Below, in pieces: positions 22,222 through 38,678 of a stretch of DNA of 64,000 bases. A program made the translations under genes and the position numbers. Within the stretch, counting starts at the first letter, position 1, and each line of letters opens with the position of its first letter. Source of the stretch: Escherichia coli O127:H6 str. E2348/69 (GTDB taxonomy: Bacteria > Pseudomonadota > Gammaproteobacteria > Enterobacterales > Enterobacteriaceae); assembly GCF_000026545.1 (NCBI RefSeq), contig NC_011601.1. One strand, written 5' to 3'. The notes beneath the pieces are model-generated. The model was not told where the DNA came from. It searched no databases and worked only from the letters and a program-made list of their open reading frames with translations.

Positions 22222-22240
22222 CGGCCTCCGCAGAGGCCGT
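22221..22240. terminator. shared hairpin between convergent tqsA and pntB (stem ACGGCCTC/GAGGCCGT)
   Basis: 8-bp stem, 4-nt loop, located between the two stop codons. Confidence 0.4.
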
Positions 22241-22245
22241 CAGGG

Positions 22246-23637
<1,392 letters not shown>

Positions 23638-23644
23638 TTACCCC

Positions 23645-25240
<1,596 letters not shown>

Positions 25241-25700
25241 TCATGTACGAGCTAAATGTTACTCCGTTAAAATAAATTAGTAACAAACGCCCTATAACGT
25301 ACTGAAAATTATGCCTGTGATCTAGCGCCAAAAATCAGTATTTCGGCGTGAACTCGCAAAATATTAACGATTCAGCCGTGATAGTGGGATAAACACCTTA
25401 GAACGCCGGATAAAGACTGATAATTGTCTTCGACGGCCGGGTAAAACGAGACATCGCCCCGGCACAAATCACTACTTAACATTAAATTAACTTATACAAT
25501 TCAGTTGCTTCAGTAGTATTGATGCTGATACGGCTGTTTTTTAAGCATAGACGGTCATTTGAGCAGAATTAAAATTGGTTTAAGGAATGTGATATGAAAA
25601 ATGACGCAGACAGTTACACCGTTTAAATGCAATAATCAGCCACGTTTCTCGTTAATAACAATACCAGTACCTGGTTTGCGCAAGGCGAAGGATTATTTTT

Positions 25701-26645
25701 ATGAAGCTTAAGAACACCCTCCTGGCGTCGGCACTGCTTTCTGCTACGGCATTCTCCGTTAACGCAGCAACAGAACTGACACCGGAGCAAGCGGCAGCGG
25801 TTAAACCTTTTGACCGTGTAGTGGTTACCGGTCGTTTTAATGCTATTGGCGAAGCGGTGAAAGCCGTTTCTCGTCGCGCAGATAAAGAAGGTGCCGCCTC
25901 TTTTTATGTTGTCGACACTTCTGATTTTGGTAACAGCGGTAACTGGCGTGTGGTCGCTGACCTCTATAAAGCCGATGCTGAAAAAGCAGAAGAAACAAGT
26001 AATCGCGTAATTAACGGTGTTGTCGAACTGCCGAAAGATCAGGCTGTTCTGATTGAACCGTTTGACACGGTCACCGTCCAGGGCTTCTATCGTAGCCAGC
26101 CAGAAGTCAATGATGCCATCACCAAAGCGGCAAAAGCGAAAGGTGCCTACTCTTTCTACATTGTTCGTCAAATCGATGCCAACCAGGGTGGTAACCAGCG
26201 TATTACTGCATTCATCTATAAAAAAGATGCTAAGAAACGTATCGTCCAGAGCCCGGATGTCATCCCGGCAGATTCCGAAGCAGGACGTGCAGCTCTGGCT
26301 GCCGGTGGCGAAGCCGCGAAGAAAGTTGAGATCCCGGGTGTTGCGACTACCGCATCACCAAGTTCTGAAGTCGGTCGCTTCTTTGAAACCCAGTCATCAA
26401 AAGGCGGGCGTTACACCGTCACGCTCCCGGACGGCACTAAAGTCGAAGAACTGAACAAAGCGACAGCAGCGATGATGGTCCCGTTCGACAGCATCAAATT
26501 CTCTGGCAACTACGGCAACATGACCGAAGTCTCCTATCAGGTTGCGAAACGTGCCGCGAAGAAAGGTGCTAAGTATTACCACATCACCCGCCAGTGGCAG
26601 GAACGTGGTAATAACCTGACCGTCAGCGCAGATCTGTATAAATAA
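25701..26645 (+). CDS. ydgH: periplasmic protein with three DUF1471 (YdgH/BhsA/McbA-like) repeats
   Basis: ORF 25701..26645 (314 aa); signal peptide; internally repeated domain. Confidence 0.9.
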   Translation: MKLKNTLLASALLSATAFSVNAATELTPEQAAAVKPFDRVVVTGRFNAIGEAVKAVSRRADKEGAASFYVVDTSDFGNSGNWRVVADLYKADAEKAEETSNRVINGVVELPKDQAVLIEPFDTVTVQGFYRSQPEVNDAITKAAKAKGAYSFYIVRQIDANQGGNQRITAFIYKKDAKKRIVQSPDVIPADSEAGRAALAAGGEAAKKVEIPGVATTASPSSEVGRFFETQSSKGGRYTVTLPDGTKVEELNKATAAMMVPFDSIKFSGNYGNMTEVSYQVAKRAAKKGAKYYHITRQWQERGNNLTVSADLYK

Positions 26646-26663
26646 CTATTCAGTTACTCCTAT

Positions 26664-26696
26664 AAGGCGGCTTGATGCCGCCTTTCGCATTTTTAG
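26664..26696 (+). terminator. rho-independent terminator of ydgH (stem AAGGCGGC/GCCGCCTT plus U tract)
   Basis: 8-bp GC-rich stem, 5-nt loop, followed by TCGCATTTTT, 19 nt after ydgH stop. Confidence 0.65.
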
Positions 26697-26830
26697 TCAT
26701 AAATTTCCCTGCGACCATTGCATGCAGACACATCTCTTCGTAAAATCCCGCGCTTCAGTGGCAAACTCCATTTTTATGCGTTTTGCCCTAATATTTATTC
26801 TTCTTGTCACGTTTTAATCACTGGATATCG

Positions 26831-28213
26831 ATGGAAAAGAAACTGGGACTGAGCGCACTCACCGCGCTGGTATTAAGCTCAATGCTGGGCGCGGGTGTTT
26901 TCAGTCTGCCGCAAAATATGGCGGCAGTTGCCAGCCCGGCAGCACTGCTCATCGGCTGGGGTATTACTGGCGCTGGCATTTTATTGCTGGCCTTTGCCAT
27001 GCTGATCCTCACGCGCATTCGCCCCGAACTTGACGGCGGTATCTTTACCTATGCCCGCGAAGGGTTTGGCGAGCTAATCGGCTTTTGTTCCGCATGGGGA
27101 TACTGGCTGTGCGCGGTCATCGCCAACGTCTCCTATCTGGTGATCGTTTTTTCCGCGTTAAGCTTTTTTACGGACACGCCGGAATTGCGCCTGTTTGGCG
27201 ATGGTAATACCTGGCAATCGATCGTCGGTGCATCGGCTTTATTGTGGATTGTTCACTTTTTGATCCTGCGCGGGGTGCAAACCGCTGCCAGCATTAACCT
27301 TGTGGCGACACTGGCAAAATTGTTGCCGTTGGGTCTGTTTGTTGTGCTGGCGATAATGATGTTCAAACTGGATACCTTCAAGCTCGACTTCACCGGACTT
27401 GCACTTGGCGTACCCGTGTGGGAACAGGTGAAAAACACCATGCTGATCACCCTGTGGGTTTTCATTGGTGTGGAAGGTGCCGTGGTTGTTTCTGCGCGTG
27501 CGCGTAATAAGCGTGATGTTGGCAAAGCGACACTGCTGGCGGTTCTCTCCGCTCTGGGCGTTTATTTGCTGGTAACGCTGCTTTCGCTGGGCGTGGTGGC
27601 ACGTCCTGAACTGGCTGAAATTCGTAACCCGTCAATGGCCGGTCTGATGGTGGAAATGATGGGACCGTGGGGCGAAATCATCATCGCTGCCGGTTTGATC
27701 GTTTCCGTTTGCGGCGCGTACTTAAGCTGGACCATCATGGCAGCAGAAGTTCCGTTCCTTGCAGCCACTCATAAAGCATTCCCACGCATTTTTGCGCGCC
27801 AGAACGCACAAGCTGCGCCATCCGCTTCACTGTGGCTGACCAACATCTGCGTGCAAATTTGTCTGGTGCTCATCTGGCTGACCGGTTCCGATTACAACAC
27901 ATTGCTGACCATCGCCTCAGAAATGATTCTGGTGCCCTATTTCCTGGTCGGCGCGTTCTTGCTGAAAATCGCAACCCGTCCACTGCATAAGGCGGTAGGT
28001 GTCGGTGCCTGCATTTATGGCTTATGGTTATTGTACGCCTCTGGTCCAATGCATCTGCTGTTGTCCGTCGTTCTGTATGCGCCAGGGCTACTGGTCTTCC
28101 TGTACGCGCGTAAAACGCATACACATGATAATGTACTGAATCGTCAGGAAATGGTGCTGATTGGCATGCTGTTAATTGCCTCAGTTCCGGCGACCTGGAT
28201 GCTGGTGGGATAA
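26831..28213 (+). CDS. ydgI: APC-family amino acid antiporter (arginine:ornithine antiporter-like)
   Basis: ORF 26804..28213; start at internal ATG (MEKKLGLS...), 460 aa; 12-13 TM. Confidence 0.9.
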   Translation: MEKKLGLSALTALVLSSMLGAGVFSLPQNMAAVASPAALLIGWGITGAGILLLAFAMLILTRIRPELDGGIFTYAREGFGELIGFCSAWGYWLCAVIANVSYLVIVFSALSFFTDTPELRLFGDGNTWQSIVGASALLWIVHFLILRGVQTAASINLVATLAKLLPLGLFVVLAIMMFKLDTFKLDFTGLALGVPVWEQVKNTMLITLWVFIGVEGAVVVSARARNKRDVGKATLLAVLSALGVYLLVTLLSLGVVARPELAEIRNPSMAGLMVEMMGPWGEIIIAAGLIVSVCGAYLSWTIMAAEVPFLAATHKAFPRIFARQNAQAAPSASLWLTNICVQICLVLIWLTGSDYNTLLTIASEMILVPYFLVGAFLLKIATRPLHKAVGVGACIYGLWLLYASGPMHLLLSVVLYAPGLLVFLYARKTHTHDNVLNRQEMVLIGMLLIASVPATWMLVG

Positions 28214-28249
28214 CGTTCATCCCATCGTTGGATAGCAAAGGAGATAACG

Positions 28250-28972
28250 ATGGGTAAAGTCCAGCCCTTGCCAATATTAATTACTGGCGGTGGTCGTCGC
28301 ATCGGCCTCGCCCTCGCCTGGCATTTCATTAATCAAAAGCAACCGGTGATTGTCAGCTATCGGACGCACTATCCCGCCATTGATGGACTGATTAACGCAG
28401 GTGCGCAGTGTATTCAGGCTGATTTTTCGACCAACGACGGTGTGATGGCGTTTGCCGATGAAGTACTAAAAAGCACCCATGGCCTGCGTGCTATTTTGCA
28501 TAACGCCAGCGCGTGGATGGCAGAAAAACCAGGTACACCACTGACCGACGTACTGGCTTGCATGATGCAGATCCACGTTAATACCCCATACCTACTCAAC
28601 CATGCACTGGAAAGATTACTGCGTGGGCACGGACACGCCGCCAGCGATATCATTCACTTTACCGATTATGTGGTGGAGCGCGGTAGCGACAAACATATTG
28701 CCTATGCTGCAAGCAAAGCGGCACTGGATAATATGACCCGCTCGTTTGCCCGCAAGCTGGCACCGGAAGTGAAAGTGAATTCTATTGCGCCATCGCTAAT
28801 CCTGTTTAATGAACATGATGATGCCGAATATCGACAACAGGCGCTGAATAAATCACTGATGAAAACAGCGCCTGGCGCGAAAGAAGTGATCGACCTGGTC
28901 GATTACTTACTTACCAGCTGCTTTGTCACCGGACGCAGTCTCCCACTTGATGGCGGTCGTCATCTGCGTTAA
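28250..28972 (+). CDS. folM: dihydromonapterin/dihydrofolate reductase, SDR family
   Basis: ORF 28250..28972 (240 aa); Rossmann motif TGGGRRIG. Confidence 0.9.
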   Translation: MGKVQPLPILITGGGRRIGLALAWHFINQKQPVIVSYRTHYPAIDGLINAGAQCIQADFSTNDGVMAFADEVLKSTHGLRAILHNASAWMAEKPGTPLTDVLACMMQIHVNTPYLLNHALERLLRGHGHAASDIIHFTDYVVERGSDKHIAYAASKAALDNMTRSFARKLAPEVKVNSIAPSLILFNEHDDAEYRQQALNKSLMKTAPGAKEVIDLVDYLLTSCFVTGRSLPLDGGRHLR

Positions 28973-29304
28973 TGCAGCTTAATCCAGCATATAATCAACA
29001 CCCATGCGCTTATTCCCCAGCACGCAACAGAACCAACAAAAGCAGCGGGCAAGCGCATCATTCCGGTGAAATACCATAGCGATGCCAGGTAAACAAAATA
29101 GGGAATAATCGACCACATACTAAAAATGATGGTTGCGCGTAAGGCTTCAATGCCGCGTTCGCTGGCAACAATATAATGCGCGATAAGCGCAAAGGTCGGG
29201 AAAAGTGGAATCAGCCCGGCGATATAATAATTTTTCGTTTTTGCTAAAACACCAATCAACAGCACTACCAGCGCACCGAGCGCGGCTTTGATTACCAGCC
29301 CCAT
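28969..29304 (-). CDS. ydgC: GlpM-family inner membrane protein
   Basis: ORF 28969..29304 (111 aa); hydrophobic; convergent with folM, stop codons overlap. Confidence 0.85.
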   Translation of the reverse strand: MGLVIKAALGALVVLLIGVLAKTKNYYIAGLIPLFPTFALIAHYIVASERGIEALRATIIFSMWSIIPYFVYLASLWYFTGMMRLPAAFVGSVACWGISAWVLIICWIKLH

Positions 29305-29432
29305 CTTTTTACCTTAACACTTCCATAACAAGTCATCAGTAGAATACCTGATGAAACCTTGTTTAGAAACGATTGATAGTAAGTAAAAACAGTGCGGTGT
29401 ATTGTGACGTCTTTATATCTACCGTGAATGTT

Positions 29433-30152
29433 ATGAACACTATCGTATTTGTGGAAGATGATGCGGAAGTCGGTGCACTGATTGCCGCATACCTGGCAAA
29501 ACATGATATGCAGGTTACCGTAGAGCCGCGCGGCGACCGGGCCGAAGAAACTATTCTGCGAGAAAATCCGGATTTGGTGTTACTCGACATCATGCTACCA
29601 GGCAAGGACGGCATGACCATTTGTCGTGATTTACGCGCAAAGTGGTCCGGACCGATTGTTCTTCTAACCTCTCTCGATAGCGATATGAACCACATCCTGG
29701 CACTGGAAATGGGCGCCTGCGACTATATTCTCAAAACGACGCCCCCTGCTGTTTTGCTAGCGCGTTTACGTTTGCATTTGCGTCAGAATGAGCAAGCTAC
29801 AGTGACCAAAGGTATTCAGGAAACGTCTCTGACTCCCTACAAAGCCCTGCATTTCGGCACGTTGACCATCGATCCCATCAACCGCGTAGTCACCCTGGCT
29901 AACACTGAAATCTCGCTCTCGACAGCTGATTTCGAATTATTGTGGGAATTAGCTACCCATGCCGGGCAAATCATGGACCGCGATGCATTGCTGAAAAATT
30001 TACGCGGCGTCAGTTATGACGGTCTGGATCGTAGCGTGGACGTGGCTATTTCGCGGTTAAGAAAAAAACTGCTCGATAACGCCGCAGAACCTTATCGTAT
30101 TAAAACCGTGCGTAACAAAGGCTATCTTTTTGCGCCTCATGCGTGGGAATAA
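29433..30152 (+). CDS. rstA: two-component response regulator, OmpR family
   Basis: ORF 29373..30152; start at internal ATG (MNTIVFVEDD...), 239 aa; receiver plus winged-helix domains. Confidence 0.95.
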   Translation: MNTIVFVEDDAEVGALIAAYLAKHDMQVTVEPRGDRAEETILRENPDLVLLDIMLPGKDGMTICRDLRAKWSGPIVLLTSLDSDMNHILALEMGACDYILKTTPPAVLLARLRLHLRQNEQATVTKGIQETSLTPYKALHFGTLTIDPINRVVTLANTEISLSTADFELLWELATHAGQIMDRDALLKNLRGVSYDGLDRSVDVAISRLRKKLLDNAAEPYRIKTVRNKGYLFAPHAWE

Positions 30153-30155
30153 GCG

Positions 30156-31457
30156 ATGAAAAAACTGTTTATCCAGTTTTACCTGTTATTGTTTGTCTGC
30201 TTCCTTGTGATGTCTCTGCTGGTCGGGCTGGTGTACAAATTTACCGCCGAACGCGCAGGCAAACAGTCGCTGGATGATTTGATGAACAGTTCGCTGTATC
30301 TGATGCGTAGCGAATTGCGTGAGATCCCCCCACACGACTGGGGTAAGACGCTGAAAGAGATGGATTTAAATCTCTCTTTCGATCTGCGTGTCGAGCCGCT
30401 GAGTAAATACCATCTTGATGATATTTCCATGCACCGGCTGCGTGGCGGCGAAATTGTCGCCCTGGACGATCAGTACACGTTTTTGCAACGTATCCCGCGC
30501 AGCCACTACGTGCTGGCAGTTGGTCCTGTTCCTTATCTTTATTACCTCCATCAGATGCGATTGCTGGATATCGCCCTGATCGCTTTTATTGCCATTTCCC
30601 TCGCCTTTCCGGTGTTTATCTGGATGCGTCCGCACTGGCAGGATATGTTAAAACTGGAAGCAGCGGCGCAACGATTTGGCGATGGGCATCTCAATGAACG
30701 TATCCACTTTGATGAGGGTTCGAGCTTTGAACGACTTGGTGTTGCATTTAACCAGATGGCGGACAATATCAACGCCTTGATTGCCAGCAAAAAACAGCTT
30801 ATTGACGGTATCGCTCACGAACTGCGAACACCGTTAGTGCGCCTGCGTTATCGACTGGAGATGAGCGATAACCTGAGCGCCGCCGAATCCCAGGCGTTGA
30901 ACCGCGATATCAGTCAACTTGAAGCTTTAATTGAAGAGCTTCTGACTTATGCCCGACTCGATCGCCCACAAAACGAGCTTCATCTTAGCGAACCAGACCT
31001 GCCGTTGTGGCTGTCAACGCATCTGGCAGACATTCAGGCAGTAACGCCCGATAAAACGGTACGGATAAAAACGCTCGCGCAAGGCCATTATGCGGCGTTG
31101 GATATGCGCTTAATGGAGCGTGTGCTGGATAATTTGCTCAATAACGCCCTGCGCTACTGTCATTCAACGGTTGAAACCAGCCTGCTACTGTCGGGGAATA
31201 GAGCGACATTAATTGTTGAGGATGATGGCCCAGGGATTGCCCCAGAAAACCGCGAACATATCTTTGAACCTTTTGTTCGCCTCGATCCCAGCCGGGATCG
31301 CTCAACCGGCGGCTGCGGGCTGGGGCTGGCAATTGTCCACTCTATAGCACTGGCAATGGGCGGTACGGTTAATTGTGACACCAGCGAACTGGGTGGTGCC
31401 CGCTTCTCGTTCAGCTGGCCGTTATGGCATAACATCCCGCAATTTACCTCTGCCTGA
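30156..31457 (+). CDS. rstB: two-component sensor histidine kinase
   Basis: ORF 30156..31457 (433 aa); H-box HELRTPL, HATPase motifs. Confidence 0.95.
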   Translation: MKKLFIQFYLLLFVCFLVMSLLVGLVYKFTAERAGKQSLDDLMNSSLYLMRSELREIPPHDWGKTLKEMDLNLSFDLRVEPLSKYHLDDISMHRLRGGEIVALDDQYTFLQRIPRSHYVLAVGPVPYLYYLHQMRLLDIALIAFIAISLAFPVFIWMRPHWQDMLKLEAAAQRFGDGHLNERIHFDEGSSFERLGVAFNQMADNINALIASKKQLIDGIAHELRTPLVRLRYRLEMSDNLSAAESQALNRDISQLEALIEELLTYARLDRPQNELHLSEPDLPLWLSTHLADIQAVTPDKTVRIKTLAQGHYAALDMRLMERVLDNLLNNALRYCHSTVETSLLLSGNRATLIVEDDGPGIAPENREHIFEPFVRLDPSRDRSTGGCGLGLAIVHSIALAMGGTVNCDTSELGGARFSFSWPLWHNIPQFTSA

Positions 31458-31499
31458 CACTATGCGCACGGTGGTCAAGTCATCACCATTGTGCTATAA

Positions 31500-33862
<2,363 letters not shown>

Positions 33863-33975
33863 GGCCTGCTCCTCACCTGATTAATTTTTTCTTTCTGTTT
33901 TGCTTTCGTTAAGCAACTTTTAGCCCACTCATTATTTACTATTTGATAACAAACGTTTGGTCTTTCGTGCCATGT

Positions 33976-34000
33976 AAAAAAACCGCCCCGAAGGGCGGCT
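33976..34000 (-). terminator. rho-independent terminator of fumA (stem GCCGCCC/GGGCGGC plus T7)
   Basis: minus-strand hairpin followed by TTTTTTT within 30 nt of fumA stop. Confidence 0.7.
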
Positions 34001-34004
34001 CTGT

Positions 34005-35651
34005 TTATTTCACACAGCGGGTGCATTGTGTGAGTTGTATCTGCTGGAAGAAGTCATTTCCTTTATCATCCACAAGGATAAACGCCGGGAAATCTTCCAC
34101 TTCAATTTTCCAGATGGCTTCCATTCCCAGTTCCGGATATTCAACACATTCCAGGCTCTTAATACTTCCCTGCGCCAATACAGCTGCCGGACCACCGATA
34201 CTGCCGAGGTAGAAGCCGCCGTGTTTTTTACAAGCATCCGTCACCTGCTGGCTGCGATTACCTTTCGCCAGCATGATCATACTTCCGCCCTGCGCTTGCA
34301 ATTGATCGACATAAGAATCCATCCGGCCAGCGGTCGTTGGGCCAAGAGAACCGGAGGCATAACCTTCCGGCGTTTTGGCCGGACCCGCGTAGTAAATCGG
34401 ATGATCTTTAATGTACTGCGGCAGCCCTTCACCGTTATCCATCCGCTCTTTCAGTTTGGCGTGAGCAATATCACGACCGACGATAATCGTGCCGTTAAGC
34501 GATAAGCGTGTAGAAACGGGATACTGCGACAACTGTGCGAGGATCTCTTTCATCGGACGGTTAAGGTCAACGCGCACCGCTTCGCCTTCTCCTGCTTTGC
34601 GCAGCTCTTCCGGGATATATTTGCCTGGATTATGTTCCAGTTTTTCGATCCAGATCCCCTGACGGTTGATCTTCGCTTTGATATTACGGTCAGCAGAGCA
34701 GGAGACGCCCATACCGACCGGGCAGGATGCGCCGTGACGTGGCAGGCGAATCACGCGGATGTCGTGAGCGAAGTATTTACCACCAAACTGCGCACCCAGA
34801 CCAAGATTTTGCGCTTCGATCAGCAATTCTTTTTCAAGTTCCACATCGCGGAACGCCTGACCGTGCTCATTCCCTTCCGTTGGCAGTTCATCATAGTATT
34901 TAGCGGAAGCCAGTTTCACCGTTTTAAGATTCGTTTCTGCAGAAGTTCCACCAATAACGAACGCAATATGATACGGAGGACAGGCCGCCGTACCCAGCGT
35001 GCGCATCTTCTCAACCAGGTAATTTTTCAGTTTTCCCGGCGTCAGTAACGCTTTGGTTTCCTGATAGAGATACGTCTTGTTTGCCGAACCGCCACCTTTG
35101 GCGATACAGAGGAATTTGTACTCGTCGCCATCAACGGCATAAAGATCGATCTGCGCTGGCAAGTTGGTGCCGGTATTCACCTCTTTATACATATCCAGCG
35201 GCGCGTTTTGCGAGTAGCGCAGATTATCCTCGATATAAGTGTTATAAACACCGCGCGCCAGCGCTGCTTCATCACCGCCACCGGTCCATACACGCTGCCC
35301 TTTTTTACCAACAATAATCGCGGTGCCGGTATCCTGACAGGTTGGCAGAACGCCTTTTGCGGCGATGTCGGAGTTACGCAGGAATTGCAGCGCCACATAT
35401 TTATCATTTTCGCTGGCTTCCGGGTCACGCAGAATGTCGGCCACCTGTTGTTGGTGAGCCGGACGCAGCATAAATGACGCATCATGAAACGCCTGACGCG
35501 CCAACAGAGTTAACGCTTCGGGTGCGACTTTCAAAATCTCCTGCCCTTCAAATTCAGATACGCTAACGTGTTCGCTGGTTAGCAGGTAATACTCAGTATC
35601 ATCTTTTTTGAGTGGAAAAGGAGCCTGATAATGAAAGGGTTTGTTTGACAT
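34005..35651 (-). CDS. fumA: fumarate hydratase class I, aerobic
   Basis: ORF 34005..35651 (548 aa); recognised as FumA. Confidence 0.95.
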   Translation of the reverse strand: MSNKPFHYQAPFPLKKDDTEYYLLTSEHVSVSEFEGQEILKVAPEALTLLARQAFHDASFMLRPAHQQQVADILRDPEASENDKYVALQFLRNSDIAAKGVLPTCQDTGTAIIVGKKGQRVWTGGGDEAALARGVYNTYIEDNLRYSQNAPLDMYKEVNTGTNLPAQIDLYAVDGDEYKFLCIAKGGGSANKTYLYQETKALLTPGKLKNYLVEKMRTLGTAACPPYHIAFVIGGTSAETNLKTVKLASAKYYDELPTEGNEHGQAFRDVELEKELLIEAQNLGLGAQFGGKYFAHDIRVIRLPRHGASCPVGMGVSCSADRNIKAKINRQGIWIEKLEHNPGKYIPEELRKAGEGEAVRVDLNRPMKEILAQLSQYPVSTRLSLNGTIIVGRDIAHAKLKERMDNGEGLPQYIKDHPIYYAGPAKTPEGYASGSLGPTTAGRMDSYVDQLQAQGGSMIMLAKGNRSQQVTDACKKHGGFYLGSIGGPAAVLAQGSIKSLECVEYPELGMEAIWKIEVEDFPAFILVDDKGNDFFQQIQLTQCTRCVK

Positions 35652-35849
35652 TGTTCTCTCACTTACTGCCTGGTTTGGTTATGCTCTGGGCGGGTGTTCC
35701 GTTGCCCTGTTAAAAGCGAGCAACAATATCCTACACACTTTTTTAACAAAAACTGAGACTAGTACGACTTTTTGCGGCTCCAGGTTACTTCCCGTAGGAT
35801 TCTTGCTTTAATAGCGGGATTAATTTCCACATTAAAACAGGGATTGATC

Positions 35850-37025
35850 ATGCAAAAACTCATTAACTCAGTGCAAAACTATGCCTGGGGCAGCAAAACG
35901 GCGTTGACTGAACTTTATGGTATGGAAAATCCATCCAGCCAGCCGATGGCCGAGCTGTGGATGGGCGCACATCCAAAAAGCAGTTCACGAGTGCAGAATG
36001 CCGCCGGAGATATCGTTTCACTGCGTGATGTGATTGAGAGTGATAAATCGACTCTGCTCGGAGAGGCCGTTGCCAAACGCTTTGGCGAACTGCCTTTCCT
36101 GTTCAAAGTATTATGCGCAGCACAGCCGCTCTCCATTCAGGTTCATCCAAACAAACGCAATTCTGAAATCGGTTTTGCCAAAGAAAATACTGCAGGTATT
36201 CCGATGGATGCTGCTGAGCGTAACTATAAAGATCCTAATCACAAGCCTGAACTGGTTTTCGCCCTGACCCCTTTCCTCGCGATGAACGCGTTTCGTGAGT
36301 TTTCCGAGATTGTCTCCCTGCTCCAGCCAGTCGCAGGTGCACATCCGGCGATTGCTCACTTTTTACAACAGCCTGATGCCGAACGTTTAAGCGAACTGTT
36401 CGCCAGCCTGTTGAATATGCAGGGTGAAGAAAAATCCCGCGCGCTGGCGATTTTAAAATCGGCCCTCGACAGCCAGCAGGGTGAACCATGGCAAACGATT
36501 CGTTTAATTTCTGAATGTTACCCGGAAGACAGCGGCCTGTTCTCCCCGCTGTTGCTGAATGTGGTGAAATTGAATCCTGGCGAAGCGATGTTCCTGTTCG
36601 CTGAAACACCGCACGCTTACCTGCAAGGCGTGGCGCTGGAAGTGATGGCGAACTCCGATAACGTGCTGCGTGCAGGTCTGACGCCTAAATACATTGATAT
36701 TCCGGAACTGGTTGCCAACGTGAAGTTCGAAGCCAAACCGGCTAACCAGTTGTTGACCCAGCCGGTGAAACAAGGTGCAGAACTGGACTTCCCGATTCCT
36801 GTGGATGATTTTGCCTTCTCGTTGCATGACCTTAGTGATAAAGAAACCACCATCAGCCAGCAGAGTGCCGCCATTTTGTTCTGCGTCGAAGGCGATGCAA
36901 CGCTGTGTAAAGGTTCTCAGCAGTTACAGCTTAAACCGGGTGAATCAGCGTTTATTGCCGCCAACGAATCACCGGTGACTGTCAAAGGCCACGGCCGTTT
37001 AGCGCGTGTTTACAACAAGCTGTAA
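35850..37025 (+). CDS. manA: mannose-6-phosphate isomerase
   Basis: ORF 35772..37025; start at internal ATG (MQKLINSVQNYAWG...), 391 aa. Confidence 0.95.
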   Translation: MQKLINSVQNYAWGSKTALTELYGMENPSSQPMAELWMGAHPKSSSRVQNAAGDIVSLRDVIESDKSTLLGEAVAKRFGELPFLFKVLCAAQPLSIQVHPNKRNSEIGFAKENTAGIPMDAAERNYKDPNHKPELVFALTPFLAMNAFREFSEIVSLLQPVAGAHPAIAHFLQQPDAERLSELFASLLNMQGEEKSRALAILKSALDSQQGEPWQTIRLISECYPEDSGLFSPLLLNVVKLNPGEAMFLFAETPHAYLQGVALEVMANSDNVLRAGLTPKYIDIPELVANVKFEAKPANQLLTQPVKQGAELDFPIPVDDFAFSLHDLSDKETTISQQSAAILFCVEGDATLCKGSQQLQLKPGESAFIAANESPVTVKGHGRLARVYNKL

Positions 37026-37125
37026 GAGCTTACTGAAAAAATTAACATCTCTTGCTAAGCTTATTAAAGGCTTATAACACCTTCAGGCGGCCAGTCCGCC
37101 TGATTTCATTTTATGGATAATCATT

Positions 37126-38634
37126 ATGAATAAATCGCTGGTAGCGGTAGGCGTCATTGTTGCGCTAGGCGTAGTCTGGACAGGCGGCGCATGGTATACA
37201 GGCAAGAAGATTGAAACCCATCTCGAAGACATGGTCGCGCAGGCGAACGCGCAACTCAAACTGACAGCTCCTGAATCCAACCTGGAAGTCAGTTATCAAA
37301 ACTATCATCGCGGCGTATTCAGCAGCCAGTTGCAACTGTTGGTGAAACCCATTGCCGGAAAAGTAAATCCGTGGATTAAAAGCGGTCAGAGCGTCATCTT
37401 CAACGAATCGGTTGATCATGGTCCCTTCCCGCTTGCCCAGCTTAAAAAACTGAACCTGATCCCGTCGATGGCATCAATTCAAACCACGCTGGTTAATAAC
37501 GAAGTAAGCAAACCACTGTTTGATATGGCAAAAGGTGAAACGCCTTTTGAGATTAACTCCCGCATTGGTTACAGCGGAGATTCCAGTTCCGACATTTCGC
37601 TCAAGCCACTGAATTACGAGCAAAAGGATGAAAAAGTCGCATTTAGCGGCGGCGAGTTCCAGTTAAATGCAGACAGAGACGGCAAAGCTATCTCCCTTTC
37701 CGGGGAGGCGCAAAGTGGTCGGATAGACGCGGTTAACGAATACAACCAGAAAGTGCAGTTAACCTTTAATAATCTGAAAACCGACGGTTCCAGCACGCTG
37801 GCAAGTTTTGGTGAGCGCGTAGGAAACCAAAAACTGTCGCTGGAAAAAATGACCATTTCAGTGGAGGGCAAAGAACTGGCACTGCTGGAAGGCATGGAGA
37901 TCAGCGGTAAATCGGATCTGGTCAATGACGGTAAAACGGTCAATAGCCAACTGGATTACTCGCTAAACAGCCTGAAGGTACAGAATCAGGATCTGGGCAG
38001 TGGCAAGCTGACTTTAAAAGTCGGCCAAATTGATGGCGAAGCCTGGCATCAGTTTAGCCAGCAATATAACGCACAAACTCAGGCGCTGCTGGCACAGCCA
38101 GAAATTGCCAACAATCCCGAACTTTATCAGGAGAAAGTGACGGAAGCCTTCTTTAGCGCTCTGCCGCTGATGCTGAAAGGCGATCCGGTGATTACTATCG
38201 CGCCGCTAAGCTGGAAAAACAGTCAGGGTGAAAGTGCGCTGAATCTGTCGCTGTTCCTGAAAGATCCGGCAACGACTAAAGAAGCGCCGCAAACGCTGGC
38301 GCAGGAAGTGGACCGCTCGGTTAAATCTCTGGATGCGAAACTGACCATTCCGGTGGATATGGCAACTGAGTTGATGACTCAGGTAGCGAAGCTGGAAGGT
38401 TATCAGGAAGATCAAGCGAAAAAACTGGCGAAACAGCAAGTTGAAGGTGCATCAGCAATGGGGCAGATGTTCCGTCTGACCACCTTGCAGGACAATACCA
38501 TCACCACCAGCCTGCAATATGCTAACGGTCAGATAACGTTAAACGGGCAGAAAATGCCACTGGAAGATTTCGTGGGTATGTTTGCGATGCCGACATTAAA
38601 CGTTCCGGCTGTACCCGCTATTCCGCAGCAGTAA
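37126..38634 (+). CDS. ydgA: DUF945 family periplasmic protein
   Basis: ORF 37126..38634 (502 aa); signal-anchor N-terminus. Confidence 0.9.
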   Translation: MNKSLVAVGVIVALGVVWTGGAWYTGKKIETHLEDMVAQANAQLKLTAPESNLEVSYQNYHRGVFSSQLQLLVKPIAGKVNPWIKSGQSVIFNESVDHGPFPLAQLKKLNLIPSMASIQTTLVNNEVSKPLFDMAKGETPFEINSRIGYSGDSSSDISLKPLNYEQKDEKVAFSGGEFQLNADRDGKAISLSGEAQSGRIDAVNEYNQKVQLTFNNLKTDGSSTLASFGERVGNQKLSLEKMTISVEGKELALLEGMEISGKSDLVNDGKTVNSQLDYSLNSLKVQNQDLGSGKLTLKVGQIDGEAWHQFSQQYNAQTQALLAQPEIANNPELYQEKVTEAFFSALPLMLKGDPVITIAPLSWKNSQGESALNLSLFLKDPATTKEAPQTLAQEVDRSVKSLDAKLTIPVDMATELMTQVAKLEGYQEDQAKKLAKQQVEGASAMGQMFRLTTLQDNTITTSLQYANGQITLNGQKMPLEDFVGMFAMPTLNVPAVPAIPQQ

Positions 38635-38678
38635 TTCACAGCCAAAACGCCGGAGATTTTTCTCTCCGGCGTTTTTTC

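Noticed and set aside
25594-25626. 10-codon mini-ORF (MKNDADSYTV) with AAGGA upstream in the pntA-ydgH intergenic region
   Set aside because: Too short and unsupported by conservation evidence available to me; could be a leader peptide but equally chance in an AT-rich region
25623-26171. 182-aa ORF on minus strand
   Set aside because: Entirely antisense to ydgH, which has the recognised product and signal peptide; no RBS
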